Source: a virus. From it: a DNA stretch of 64,000 nucleotides. The translations under genes and the position numbers were made by a program. Location of the stretch: the IMG/VR virus record IMGVR_UViG_3300042868_010004, positions 1 through 64,000 of that record; one strand, 5' to 3'. This document shows, piece after piece, positions 33,968 to 42,791 of the stretch. A model generated the notes under the pieces. That model was not told the DNA's origin. It saw only the letters and a program-made list of their open reading frames with translations, and did no database searches. Position 1 is the first letter of the stretch; every line of letters starts with the position of its first letter.

Positions 33968-35018
33968 ATGAAATCCACCGAAATTAAGAAAATCCTGAAA
34001 GAAAAATTTAATCTTTCCGTCCGCGTGCATACAGGCGTGAGCAAAAATCCTTTCATAAGGGCAAGTCTTGGTTATGACAATCCGGTCAAATTCCCTTTGT
34101 CTTTCCGTCAAAAATGTTTGCGGGTTATTTATGGGGAGGATTGCACGTTTGCAGAAAACGGAAATGCCGGAAATGTCGCCCCGCATATGATTGCAATGCA
34201 TAGTCAGCAATGGGAAAAGGCTCTGGCGGACTGAAAAACAATTCCGAAATAAGCAAAAAATAAATCAGATCCCTGTATGAAAAACACTTCAATCTCTTGG
34301 CATTAAAGAATGTAAAGGCAATTCCGCCTCCATTCTTTAATATATGCAAAACAAAAAAATCGTTGTCAAAGGTTTGGTCCGCTTGGAAATGACTTGCCCG
34401 CATTGCGAAAAAAAATCTTTCCAAAGCGTTTTGTCGAAAAATTTCACTTGGGATTGCCCTTGGTGTCAGAAGATCAATCACTTTGACTTTTCGCGCGGAT
34501 ATTCCGTGAAGATCGAAGATTTGAAGGGATTGGAATAAAAATCACAGATTGCCCGCTTTATTAATTTGAGGCGGGTATTTTTTAGAAAAGTATTTTAAAA
34601 ACAGGATAAATTAGCTTGATTTCGTCCGGTTTCCTGTCATTGTCTTAAATGTAACAAGAACACTACCATGAAAAACAAAAAAGATGATCGTAACGGCGAC
34701 TTTTCCGAGTTCGCCTCTTATATTGTTAATTCGTCAGAGCCTCGCTATATGCAACCAAACGAAAAACTCAGCCTGAAATATACAATCGCGCTCAGAGTTC
34801 GATCAATGGGTCCGACCGGCTTTCCCGGAATTAAATATGAGATCCGGCAACAGTATATCGGATCGGAAGGTCTGACTGACGAAATGATTGAAAAGGCAAT
34901 TACGGAAATGGTCCGCGATGGTATTATTGAACAGTATGATGATATGGCCGGGCAATATGTAAGCGGGCCGAATATGGAAAACATGGAACTGCCGGAAAAT
35001 AAGTTTGAATTGCGGTAA
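33968..35018 (+). CDS. Three hypothetical proteins (33968-34234; 34344-34538 CPHC/CPWC Zn-ribbon; 34668-35018)
   Basis: Promoter-linked ORFs. Confidence 0.72.
34551..34583 (+). terminator. Intrinsic terminator
   Basis: CCCGC...GCGGG stem followed by TATTTTTT. Confidence 0.7.
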
Positions 35019-35028
35019 AAGTATTCTG

Positions 35029-35064
35029 CCCGCCTCTGGATTTAATTCTGGGGGCGGGTTTTTT
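35029..35064 (+). terminator. Terminator closing the early region
   Basis: CCCGCCTCTGGA...TCTGGGGGCGGG followed by T6. Confidence 0.8.
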
Positions 35065-35725
35065 GTACCAAGACATAAAGATGGATAAATGAGAATTGGT
35101 CTCAATAACGGAATCAATTCGCGTTTTACCTTTCGAGTTTCTGATCGGGGGAATTAAATACAAACCTGCCTTTCGGGGGAATTAAGACGGGCGGCAATAC
35201 CGATAAAACAAATATAGAGGGCGGAAAACCCAAGGGAAAGCCCGACAGAATTGTTTTACTAAGAATGGTTCCTTATTAAGAATGATTCTAAATAACGATC
35301 CGGCTGAATGATTAAAGCCAAGGGTAAAAACATAAGGATTGATCGCCTAAATATAGGGCTGAAAAGGGGCTTGAAATGAGGTCAAAAGTCGGTCGGTTTT
35401 CTGTCAAATAAAAGGGGCGCGGCACCCTCTGAATGCATCGAAGATGCGGTGATTCAAAAGTTACGTAAATAGTTTAATGCAGAGGTGTTTGCGAAAGATT
35501 TGACGCCTCGCGTCAGCTCTTAAAAGTAATCCAGACAAGGCAATAAATAAAACAACCCCATAGAGATTAAACAGTAAAGAAGAACAAAGGAAATAAATAG
35601 ATAGAGAATGAAAGAACGATATAGGAGAGAATGAATGGAAACAAATAAAGAATGACAGAAGGTTTTTTTGTTTTAGGGATGGGGTTTACATGTCCTCTCC
35701 CCCTATCTCTCGCGCTTTTTTACAA

Positions 35726-35818
35726 AAACGAAAGCAAAACGAAAGCTCTTTAGCCTAAAACGAAAGGTTTTCGTAAGTTTTGAAAGGTTTTCGCCTTAAA
35801 ACGAAAGACAAACGAAAG
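35726..35818 (+). repeat. Five AAACGAAAG direct repeats plus two GAAAGGTTTTCG copies
   Basis: AAACGAAAG at 35726, 35737, 35758, 35799, 35810; the 12-mer at 35762 and 35782. Confidence 0.9.
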
Positions 35819-36877
35819 GTCGGCAAATAAAAACGCGCCGTATTTGAAAGTATATAGACACGAAAAAATTCCCAAAACTGCATGGGATAAATAAAAGTCT
35901 TTCTGAGTATTCCTATAGTTTTTCCTACATGATTCTAAATAAAATTCATTCCGCGTTTCCTTTGTTTCGTTTTGTTTTCAGTGTTTGAACACCCTTGCTT
36001 TTCAGTCGCTAGGCTTGATAGGGAAGGCCGAGGCCTTTAGAGGGAAGCGTCGCGTTAAATACTAGGGAGGTATGTTCGTGAAATGAGTTTACACAGAGCG
36101 GGAATAAAAGGGAAGGCGGGCAGAAAAACAAATGAAAAAGTTTCAAATACTGGGGCGGGCCGCCCAAATAATAAAAATAAAAGTTGCAAATAAGAAAGAC
36201 GGAATGCCCGAAATATTAATGAATGAAGGCCAAATAAATAAAAGGCAAGCCGCTCTGGTTTAATTATTTAGAAAGCCAAAGGCAGAAAAAGCCCGCCGCC
36301 CAATCTGTTTGTCAAGTAGGTAATTCTACGTATGATGGCGGGTAGCATGACAGAGCGGACCACGAAAGCAAGACAAAAATGCGGATCATCACTAAGTAAG
36401 ATTACGTATGAATTCCGTCTTGACTTTTTCTTATAGCAGGCTTGAAATGGTATCGTAGGGGACTGACTTTGAAAAAAGCCCGCTGACTGCCATACGTAGA
36501 ATTACTTAGATGGATTGCCTTGCAAGGTTTGCCGTTTTGGTTATTCGCGCGAGCGCGGGCATGCGTGCGCGTCACACTAAGAGAGACAACGAAAGCCCTA
36601 CCCAATCCCCCGGCCAGCACTCCGTTTTTTACGTTTGTTTTACACAAAAGAGGATTGACACAGTTTTAAGCCGGGCGCGCGTGACAATTTCATTTTCGCT
36701 CTGTTTTTTCTGCTTTCAGAAACTAGGGGTTTCCAACGGTTTACGGGATTGAAAAAACTATTTTTTAGAGAAACAAAACAAAGGCTTGTCAGGAAAACAA
36801 AGAAAGGTTTTTGTCTTCTCATCGAAAGGCAGCAAGCCCAACGGTAAAACAGCTCAAACACTCTTTCCCCTTCCTTC

Positions 36878-37021
36878 ATGTGCAACTCAAACAAAACCGG
36901 CCTTGCAATGTTCCTTTGGCACTTGGCCGCCGCCCTCGCAATTCTGGCAATGTTCGCAATTGCTGGCACTCTGGATTGCCCCCCCCCTTCAAGGTTTAAA
37001 CACCACAGGGTTTTATATTAA
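36878..37021 (+). CDS. Possible small membrane protein (47 aa) containing a C9 tract
   Basis: MCNSNKTGLAMFLWHLAAALAILAMFAIAGTLDCPPP...; read manually, below the track cut-off. Confidence 0.45.
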   Translation: MCNSNKTGLAMFLWHLAAALAILAMFAIAGTLDCPPPSRFKHHRVLY

Positions 37022-37137
37022 ACGTATAAACCCCTCTATGTTTCACCCTTGAAACAACCTAGTAAGGTAAACGACTAGTAAAGCCACAAAGGCACGTTTC
37101 CCAGTTCGCAAAACTACTGCATTAGAGCAATCCTACT

Positions 37138-37677
37138 ATGTCCGCCAATATCAAAGCCCTCGTCTCCGCCCTCGCCCTCGCCTCCAAAGCCGTGAAGGCC
37201 CTCCCCCCCGCCCCGTCCTTCGATCATGCCGCCCGACTCGCGATCATGCTCTCCGCCTTTGAGGGTATGCCCGACGCCGAAAAGAAAGCGCGCAATGCAA
37301 CTGACCGACTCAAGGAGCAGTTTGACGCCGCGCATGGTGATTCGTCCGAACGTATCACGCGCACGGTTTTGGCCGAGTTGGCCGAATCCCTCGGGGGGAT
37401 CGAAACTCTCGCCACCGTCGCCGGACGCATGGCCAAGGAAAGTCGGAGCGCGGGCAAGGTCAATGCGACTGCGACCCAGTGGCGCGCCGCCCTGACCGAG
37501 GAAGAGGGTTTTGATAAGAGCCTGCAAGGCTTGGCCGAGAAAGCCTCTGACATGCGCAAGGCTGGCAAGGCGTGGAGTGAGGTCGAAGAGAGTTTGAGCC
37601 TCTCCCCCGCCGCCCGCTCGCAACTCTACCTTGTCGCGAAGGAATTCACCGACCTTTTCCCCGCTAAAGCTGAGTAA
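37138..37677 (+). CDS. Ala-rich, probably alpha-helical orphan protein encoded by a GC-rich gene
   Basis: 179-aa ORF with strongly C/G-ending codons, unlike its neighbours. Confidence 0.85.
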   Translation: MSANIKALVSALALASKAVKALPPAPSFDHAARLAIMLSAFEGMPDAEKKARNATDRLKEQFDAAHGDSSERITRTVLAELAESLGGIETLATVAGRMAKESRSAGKVNATATQWRAALTEEEGFDKSLQGLAEKASDMRKAGKAWSEVEESLSLSPAARSQLYLVAKEFTDLFPAKAE

Positions 37678-37841
37678 GGCACGAAAGGATAAGACACGGC
37701 GCGCGACTCTTCACAAGTTGCGCGCTCCCTCTGTAAACCTTTCGCAATGCCTTACCCGTGGAAATTATCATTTGTGTACTAGCGTTAACGATTTATCTCT
37801 GGCCCTAGTATAAACACTATAGTAAATCCTATATAATTCTT

Positions 37842-37874
37842 GCCCGTCCTTGTATAAAACGAGGGCGGGTTTTT
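37842..37874 (+). terminator. Intrinsic terminator
   Basis: GCCCGTCCT...GAGGGCGGG followed by T5. Confidence 0.75.
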
Positions 37875-38223
37875 CGTGTCCTTATACTAAGTAGTTATAC
37901 GTATGCCCGACCGTGCGCAGGAAGCGTGCCAACCAAAGGGACACCACCACCCTTTTACAATTCTTTTACACATGTAAAAAAGGTGTTTGGGCGTGGGGGA
38001 CTTCCATTTCAATTTCTAAGCCAATTTCGAAACCGAACCACAAACCACAATCCCCGCGCTCCTTTATCAGCCCCACCTTTTCTTTCCTTACTGTATCCCC
38101 ACCAGAGTTAATCTACACCCACCCCATCCCCCTTTTTTATTTTCCTATATCTTTTCACCCTTTGGTTTTCCGCCTTGATCTGAAAAAATTGGCCGGGCTT
38201 TTTTAATTTTCAAACTTTTTTGT

Positions 38224-38742
38224 TTAATTCCCCCTTCTCTCCTCTCTTAACCACTGCTCCCTCTTAATCCTAATTTTCTTTAAATCGTTATAAATGGTTC
38301 GCGTGGTTGTCTTCATTTTCTTACTTATCAAATCTGGCGCGATCCCGCTTAGACTTAATTTGAAAACCTTCTCCTCTTTATCTGTTAAGGAAGGATAAAA
38401 CCCAATCTTAAAATCCGTTACATAGCTCTCCCAAGGGCTTTCGGCCAAACACCAAGAATCATTTTTTATATTACTAAGGCTGGATAAGTCAGCTTTTCTA
38501 AATTTTGAGCATCTTTGTCTTATGGTGTTTCTCATAAGGTTATAGCACAACCTATGAACCCAAGCGTAGAAATTTTTTGATTTAGATGGATCAAACTTTT
38601 CTTTTTTGTTCCAAATTCTAATCAGACAATCTTGTTTTATCTCTTGTATATCCCAATTAATATATCTCCCAAAAGTAAAGGCCCTAACATAGGTATCAAC
38701 CCTTTTAATTAATTCTGGACCAAAATTAAAAGAAGAACTCAT
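38224..38742 (-). CDS. Phage sigma70-family (ECF-like) sigma factor
   Basis: Region 2-like DIQEIKQDCLIRIWNKKEKFDPSKSKNFYAWVHRLCYNLMRN; region 4 LTDKEEKVFKL...ISKKMKTTTRTIYNDLKK. Confidence 0.8.
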   Translation of the reverse strand: MSSSFNFGPELIKRVDTYVRAFTFGRYINWDIQEIKQDCLIRIWNKKEKFDPSKSKNFYAWVHRLCYNLMRNTIRQRCSKFRKADLSSLSNIKNDSWCLAESPWESYVTDFKIGFYPSLTDKEEKVFKLSLSGIAPDLISKKMKTTTRTIYNDLKKIRIKREQWLREERRGN

Positions 38743-38747
38743 TTTAT

Positions 38748-39176
38748 TTACAATCGGCCCTTCCGCCCACCACGAGCCGCCCCACCCCTCAGACCTCCAC
38801 TCCGAGTTGTCGCCGCCGGACAGACAGAATAAGACGAACTGAAGACGGGCTTGGAGTCTACTCTCGGATTGAAATCGGATTTGTTCGCCCGATAAGATTT
38901 CTGTAAGCAATTCAGCACAGGCATTGGCTCATTAACCGGATTATTTGAATTAATGCTCACCTGATTGCTCAGTCGGTCAATCTCCGCCCGCATCCGGGCA
39001 TTTTGTCTTTCAAGGGAAGAGGTTGAACGAAAGCTGATTCCACTCATACTTGCCCGCCCAAGCTTCAACCCTCCCGGAGAAAATCCAAGCAGATTGAGTT
39101 TGATTGTATGTGCGAGAGTAGTCCGGAGCGCGTTTCGGATCGGAGTGCGGAAATTTGGTAGACGGAAGAGATACAT
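38748..39176 (-). CDS. Hypothetical basic protein with a Gly/Arg-rich C-terminus
   Basis: Ends 5 nt before the sigma gene and follows the minus-strand promoter at 39240. Confidence 0.65.
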   Translation of the reverse strand: MYLFRLPNFRTPIRNALRTTLAHTIKLNLLGFSPGGLKLGRASMSGISFRSTSSLERQNARMRAEIDRLSNQVSINSNNPVNEPMPVLNCLQKSYRANKSDFNPRVDSKPVFSSSYSVCPAATTRSGGLRGGAARGGRKGRL

Positions 39177-39200
39177 GGGTGAATTCGTTTAAATGTTCAG

Positions 39201-39240
39201 GTTACTTAAATGAGATTTTGTCTTTTGCGGCCAAGGTCAA
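39201..39240 (-). promoter_or_regulatory. Early-type promoter TTGACC-N16-AAATCT-N7-GTAAC driving 39176 and the sigma gene
   Basis: Same architecture as the early array. Confidence 0.75.
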
Positions 39241-39353
39241 GGGCAATTTTAAGAAAACTTTCAAATAATCCGCCCGTTATTTCCGGTGTCTACCTTCCCT
39301 TTCCCGCCCTACCTTTGTAACCTCTTATTTGTAAAACAATCCGTCAAACAATT

Positions 39354-39800
39354 ATGAGCGCCGAGACAAAATTTACAAACGTGGCGGGACTAGAACTAAA
39401 GTCAGAGTTTTGCGATAAAGTCCTGTATAATACCATCCGCTCTCTGCAATTCTTATTCTTGCATACCTATAAATTCGGGTCAAACCTTGTGATCGAGGAA
39501 ACAGGCCGCGCCGGTCAATTCATGTATTGCATAGAGAATCATGGGCTGAAACTCCGAGGTTATGTCGGGCGGGACGAGAAGACGAAATCGGTCAGATTCT
39601 TGGTGATGGACAACGCAAGAATTTTATGGATGGTCAGGGAAGGGTTTGAGGTTTGCCCGGAGAATTATGATCGAGTCGGCGTGATGATGAATCTCCCGAC
39701 GATGAATGACTTCATTCTGTTCTTAGCGGGCCGCTGTGGTTGGGATTCGGCGGGTTATGTTCGGGCTGAAGAATTTCAAAACAAGAAGAAAAAAAGATAA
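39354..39800 (+). CDS. Hypothetical protein, paralogue A of 42330-42791
   Basis: Colinear similarity along its length (see findings). Confidence 0.85.
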   Translation: MSAETKFTNVAGLELKSEFCDKVLYNTIRSLQFLFLHTYKFGSNLVIEETGRAGQFMYCIENHGLKLRGYVGRDEKTKSVRFLVMDNARILWMVREGFEVCPENYDRVGVMMNLPTMNDFILFLAGRCGWDSAGYVRAEEFQNKKKKR

Positions 39801-39908
39801 TCGGAGGAAAGATAGTTAGCAGCCTAACTACTTTCTAGAACGTCAGACCGATTTGTTTTCAGTCCCGAATTCTCGACGGCGCTTCTTAAAATAAACAGGT
39901 TGATTTGA

Positions 39909-40553
39909 TTACCGTCTAATCCCGGCCTGCTGTAAAATTTGCCGAGCATCTTCTACTTTCGACAACGGTCCAGAGGTTACCTGTCGGATTGTCTTATGCA
40001 GAGACCGAACCCCATCCTCGTATTTTTCAACATAGGCTCTCCCCATTTTCTCATAAAATACTTTTAGAAAGCGCTCTACGTCATATCCGAAAATTCCATT
40101 CAGAGCCCGAGCCTCGGATTCATTCAATTCTAAATGGACTTTCAGATCCATGTTTAATTCAATATGTTTTACAGTTGCCATAATTTATAATCCTAATTGT
40201 TTTGCCTTTGCCGCAAACTTAGGGACGTTCTCCGTCATCCATAAGTAATATCGCAAATCATTTTCTTTAACCCACTCATACGTTTTATCAGCATACTTTC
40301 CATAACCAATTCCATCGGGCTTTACTTGCTCAGTTTGTTTACCCTCGGAGTTTTTCTTATCCCAAGGTGGAAATTTCAGTTTCTCAATCTGCCCAGTCCC
40401 ATTCAATAAGTCAGACTTGGTGATCGGTTTGATTGCCTTAAACTTCGGATCGTCCCGCCATTTATTCGCATTAACCTTTCTTTGCTCCTCCGAGATTTGT
40501 TCGGCGACATGTTCGTAAGCCTGAATATTTGTCTGATAGTCTTCGTATTCCAT
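39909..40553 (-). CDS. Two hypothetical proteins (39909-40181; 40185-40553 with a GYGKY..W..ENDLRYYLW DUF3820-like tail)
   Basis: Adjacent minus-strand ORFs. Confidence 0.7.
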
Positions 40554-40557
40554 TGGG

Positions 40558-40935
40558 TCAGCGCGCCCCTAATTGATTTAATTTCTTCTCAACCCTCACC
40601 CAATACTTTTCCGTAGATTGTTTCTTCCAGCCATTCGGACCCCCATTCATGATTCTCGCGAAATCCTCATTCGTTGGTTTTCTTCCGAGTCGTCTCATTG
40701 TCCCGTAATGCCCAAGATATTTTCGCGCCATCTCTTTTGACTTTTCCGAATCCCACCGATCTTCATATGTGTAGTATGGCGGGCCGTAAATCCGATTCAA
40801 ATCATCCACGAATATCCGTCGAATTTGCAAAACCCCGGCGGCATCCTCTGCCCGATTGTATGCCCGTGGGTTGCCCGAACTTTCAACCTGAATGAGCGCG
40901 GCGAGAAGAATTGCGGGAATGACTGGATCGGACAT
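40558..40935 (-). CDS. Lysozyme-fold endolysin candidate (destabilase / i-type-like)
   Basis: ALIQVESSG, GVLQI and ARIMNGGPNGWKK.ST..YW..V motifs. Confidence 0.8.
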   Translation of the reverse strand: MSDPVIPAILLAALIQVESSGNPRAYNRAEDAAGVLQIRRIFVDDLNRIYGPPYYTYEDRWDSEKSKEMARKYLGHYGTMRRLGRKPTNEDFARIMNGGPNGWKKQSTEKYWVRVEKKLNQLGAR

Positions 40936-41139
40936 TCAGACGCCCTTCCTGATTAATGCAATTTTCTGACGAAACCATTCGCCGATTTCTTTCTGCGGTG
41001 CAACCCCGATTGTTGCCGCCGCCAAGACAAATGGAGCCATTCCAACAAAAACGCAAAAGGCGTAAAGAAGAACTATCAGACTGATTGGCAACATAATAAT
41101 CAAATTTAAAAAAATATCTAGTTGATGTTTTGTTTTCAT
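40936..41139 (-). CDS. Small membrane protein, holin candidate
   Basis: About 35 contiguous hydrophobic residues and a basic C-terminus; abuts the lysozyme start. Confidence 0.5.
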   Translation of the reverse strand: MKTKHQLDIFLNLIIMLPISLIVLLYAFCVFVGMAPFVLAAATIGVAPQKEIGEWFRQKIALIRKGV

Positions 41140-41142
41140 ATT

Positions 41143-41397
41143 TTACTCCTTAGCTCGTTTTTCTAAACTGATTGCATTTTCTTTCCAGTTTACGAACTCC
41201 GAATCATTAAATTCCGGCCACCAATATATAGTATGAAACGGAACGTAAATCCTTCCATCATGAGAGCCTTCTACCAGTTCGCCGACTGGAGACTGGACGA
41301 TAGCGTGGCCATTTACGATTTTGTATTTGATTGGACGGATCTTCCCCTCTTCTTTGAAGAATCCTTTCTTCCAGTCGGATTTAAATAAATTAAACAT
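41143..41397 (-). CDS. Hypothetical protein
   Basis: ATG at 41397, in frame with track ORF 41143..41445. Confidence 0.65.
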   Translation of the reverse strand: MFNLFKSDWKKGFFKEEGKIRPIKYKIVNGHAIVQSPVGELVEGSHDGRIYVPFHTIYWWPEFNDSEFVNWKENAISLEKRAKE

Positions 41398-41449
41398 ATA
41401 GCGAGAAAACCATCTTTCCTCGAACTTGTCAAGACAAAGATTCAAGAAA

Positions 41450-41484
41450 AAGAAAAACCCGCTCGGACTTAACCGAACAGGTTT
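41450..41484 (-). terminator. Terminator after Hsp20
   Basis: On the minus strand: AAACCTGTTCGG-TTAAG-TCCGAGCGGGTTTTT. Confidence 0.6.
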
Positions 41485-41511
41485 AGTTTCTTGGTTTTCA
41501 ACCGATCTGGT

Positions 41512-41910
41512 TTAGTCCACCAGAATCTTTTTCACAACCTTCTTCTCCTTCGGCAGATTGACAACCAGTATCCCATCCTGCATCTTTCCAGAAATACCCT
41601 CCGTCTGAATGCCTTGCCAGAGTTCCAAGGTCTTTGTGGTTTCTCCGTATTTCTCATTCTTCGCGCGAACCTCTAGGATTCCGTCTTGGATGCTAACCTC
41701 AATATCTTTATTTGCGTAACCGGGCAACTCCAGAGACAACTCCCATTGAGAATCAGTCTCATTTAATTTCATCCGGGAGGAGAATTGTGCAGAGGAGAAA
41801 GCAAATAAATCCCCGATTGATTTTTCATATCGGTCAAGGACGGTCGGATAATAATTAACGCGACCAAGGATTGGAGTAAGAAGGTTTGATGGATTTGAAT
41901 TGTAAGTCAT
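41512..41910 (-). CDS. Small heat-shock protein (Hsp20/alpha-crystallin)
   Basis: ETDSQWELSLELPGY.NKDIEVSIQDGILEV...ISGKMQDGILVVNLPK. Confidence 0.92.
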   Translation of the reverse strand: MTYNSNPSNLLTPILGRVNYYPTVLDRYEKSIGDLFAFSSAQFSSRMKLNETDSQWELSLELPGYANKDIEVSIQDGILEVRAKNEKYGETTKTLELWQGIQTEGISGKMQDGILVVNLPKEKKVVKKILVD

Positions 41911-42008
41911 GGCGTCTTTCTGAATTAGCAAGAGGCGGGCCAGCCACGGGCAAACTCTAAACAGTTCTCAACCAAGGAATTACGCTTTCCTTTATCTTTC
42001 CGTCTGTG

Positions 42009-42299
42009 TCACTCTGTCTCAGTCGGCCCAAGATAGCGGGACAGCCCCATATTCAGAACGGCGAAAAGCGGGACGTATAACGGGTCAAACGGTTGGGAAT
42101 TCAGACAGGCGATCAGAAAGTGCCCGAGCCCGGCCCAAAAACCGAAACAAAAAGAACAGCCAAGCGCATAGCGGACCTTCTCGGGTAAATCCAAAATATG
42201 ATAGAACCGGAGATATTCCCCAATCTGATGTCGCCCATTCAGAAGGAAGAAAATAAAATAATTTAGACCGGCGGAAAGAATAAGTATCTCAGCATTCAT
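42009..42299 (-). CDS. DUF1360-like membrane protein
   Basis: LGCSFCFGFW motif between hydrophobic segments. Confidence 0.6.
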   Translation of the reverse strand: MNAEILILSAGLNYFIFFLLNGRHQIGEYLRFYHILDLPEKVRYALGCSFCFGFWAGLGHFLIACLNSQPFDPLYVPLFAVLNMGLSRYLGPTETE

Positions 42300-42329
42300 A
42301 AAGGGGAAAATTTATTGTAAACTCGGGAT

Positions 42330-42791
42330 ATGTCTGACTCGCCAAAACTCTCCACTCATTTTGGCTTTTCTTTTCAATCGGAAAAAGATGACAAGACATT
42401 ATTTGAAAGAATTAGAGAAATACAGGATTTCCTGATTAAATGTTGGGGAGGAAAAATCAGGGAATATACTATTCAAGAAATCCCGATTAAAAAAACTTTC
42501 TTTTACGTCTTCCATAATGTTAGTCTGAATCTAAAAGGTTTTGTCGGGCGCTGCAACCACACGGGAAAGATCGTTTATTTAGTCAGAGATCCAAAAAGAA
42601 TTTCTTGGGCTTTTAAGGAAGGGCTGATTGAAGGTAAGAAAGATTCCGACTTGGCTGATATCTTATATTCCAGTGTTGGCGTCTTAATCGCGGTTCCCAC
42701 CCCAGCCGACTTCGCTCTTTTTGTTGCCGGAGGGATGGGTTATCAGACTCGCGGGGATTATATTAGGACTTCTGACCGGAAGGCTTTTTGA
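42330..42791 (+). CDS. Hypothetical protein, paralogue B of 39354-39800
   Basis: Colinear similarity; TGTAAACT starts 14 nt upstream of the ATG. Confidence 0.85.
   Translation: MSDSPKLSTHFGFSFQSEKDDKTLFERIREIQDFLIKCWGGKIREYTIQEIPIKKTFFYVFHNVSLNLKGFVGRCNHTGKIVYLVRDPKRISWAFKEGLIEGKKDSDLADILYSSVGVLIAVPTPADFALFVAGGMGYQTRGDYIRTSDRKAF

Larger units (their letters stand above)
716..34655 (+). promoter_or_regulatory. Array of about 28 sigma70-type promoters: cTTG(A/C)Cn-N16/17-(Y)AnnnT, with G(T/A)AA or ATG 6-7 nt downstream
   Basis: -35 boxes start at 716, 3411, 8362, 9891, 10321, 12035, 12575, 12987, 14049, 15329, 15990, 16609, 17712, 18883, 19611, 20355, 23120, 24014, 25436, 26698, 28151, 28917, 29298, 30334, 31579, 32419, 33339, 33914, 34616. 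Spacers were counted by hand. Confidence 0.85.
36317..37905. repeat. Four copies of the 18-bp motif TARGTARnnnTACGTATG
   Basis: 36317-36334 (+), 36393-36410 (+), 36491-36508 (-), 37888-37905 (+). Confidence 0.9.

Noticed and set aside
35567-35680. Hydrophobic minus-strand peptide (IPKTKKPSVILYLFPF...)
   Set aside because: It has no start codon, and its hydrophobicity follows from the T-rich composition.
36317-36508. dif/Xer or att site
   Set aside because: It does not match the dif consensus, and there is no recombinase in the window; kept only as an unexplained motif.
474-36999. Most minus-strand and alternative-frame ORFs in the track (e.g. 754-1221, 9290-9982, 36402-36999, 37114-37623)
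   Set aside because: They are shadows of better + strand genes or chance ORFs in non-coding DNA, lacking promoters, leaders and motifs.
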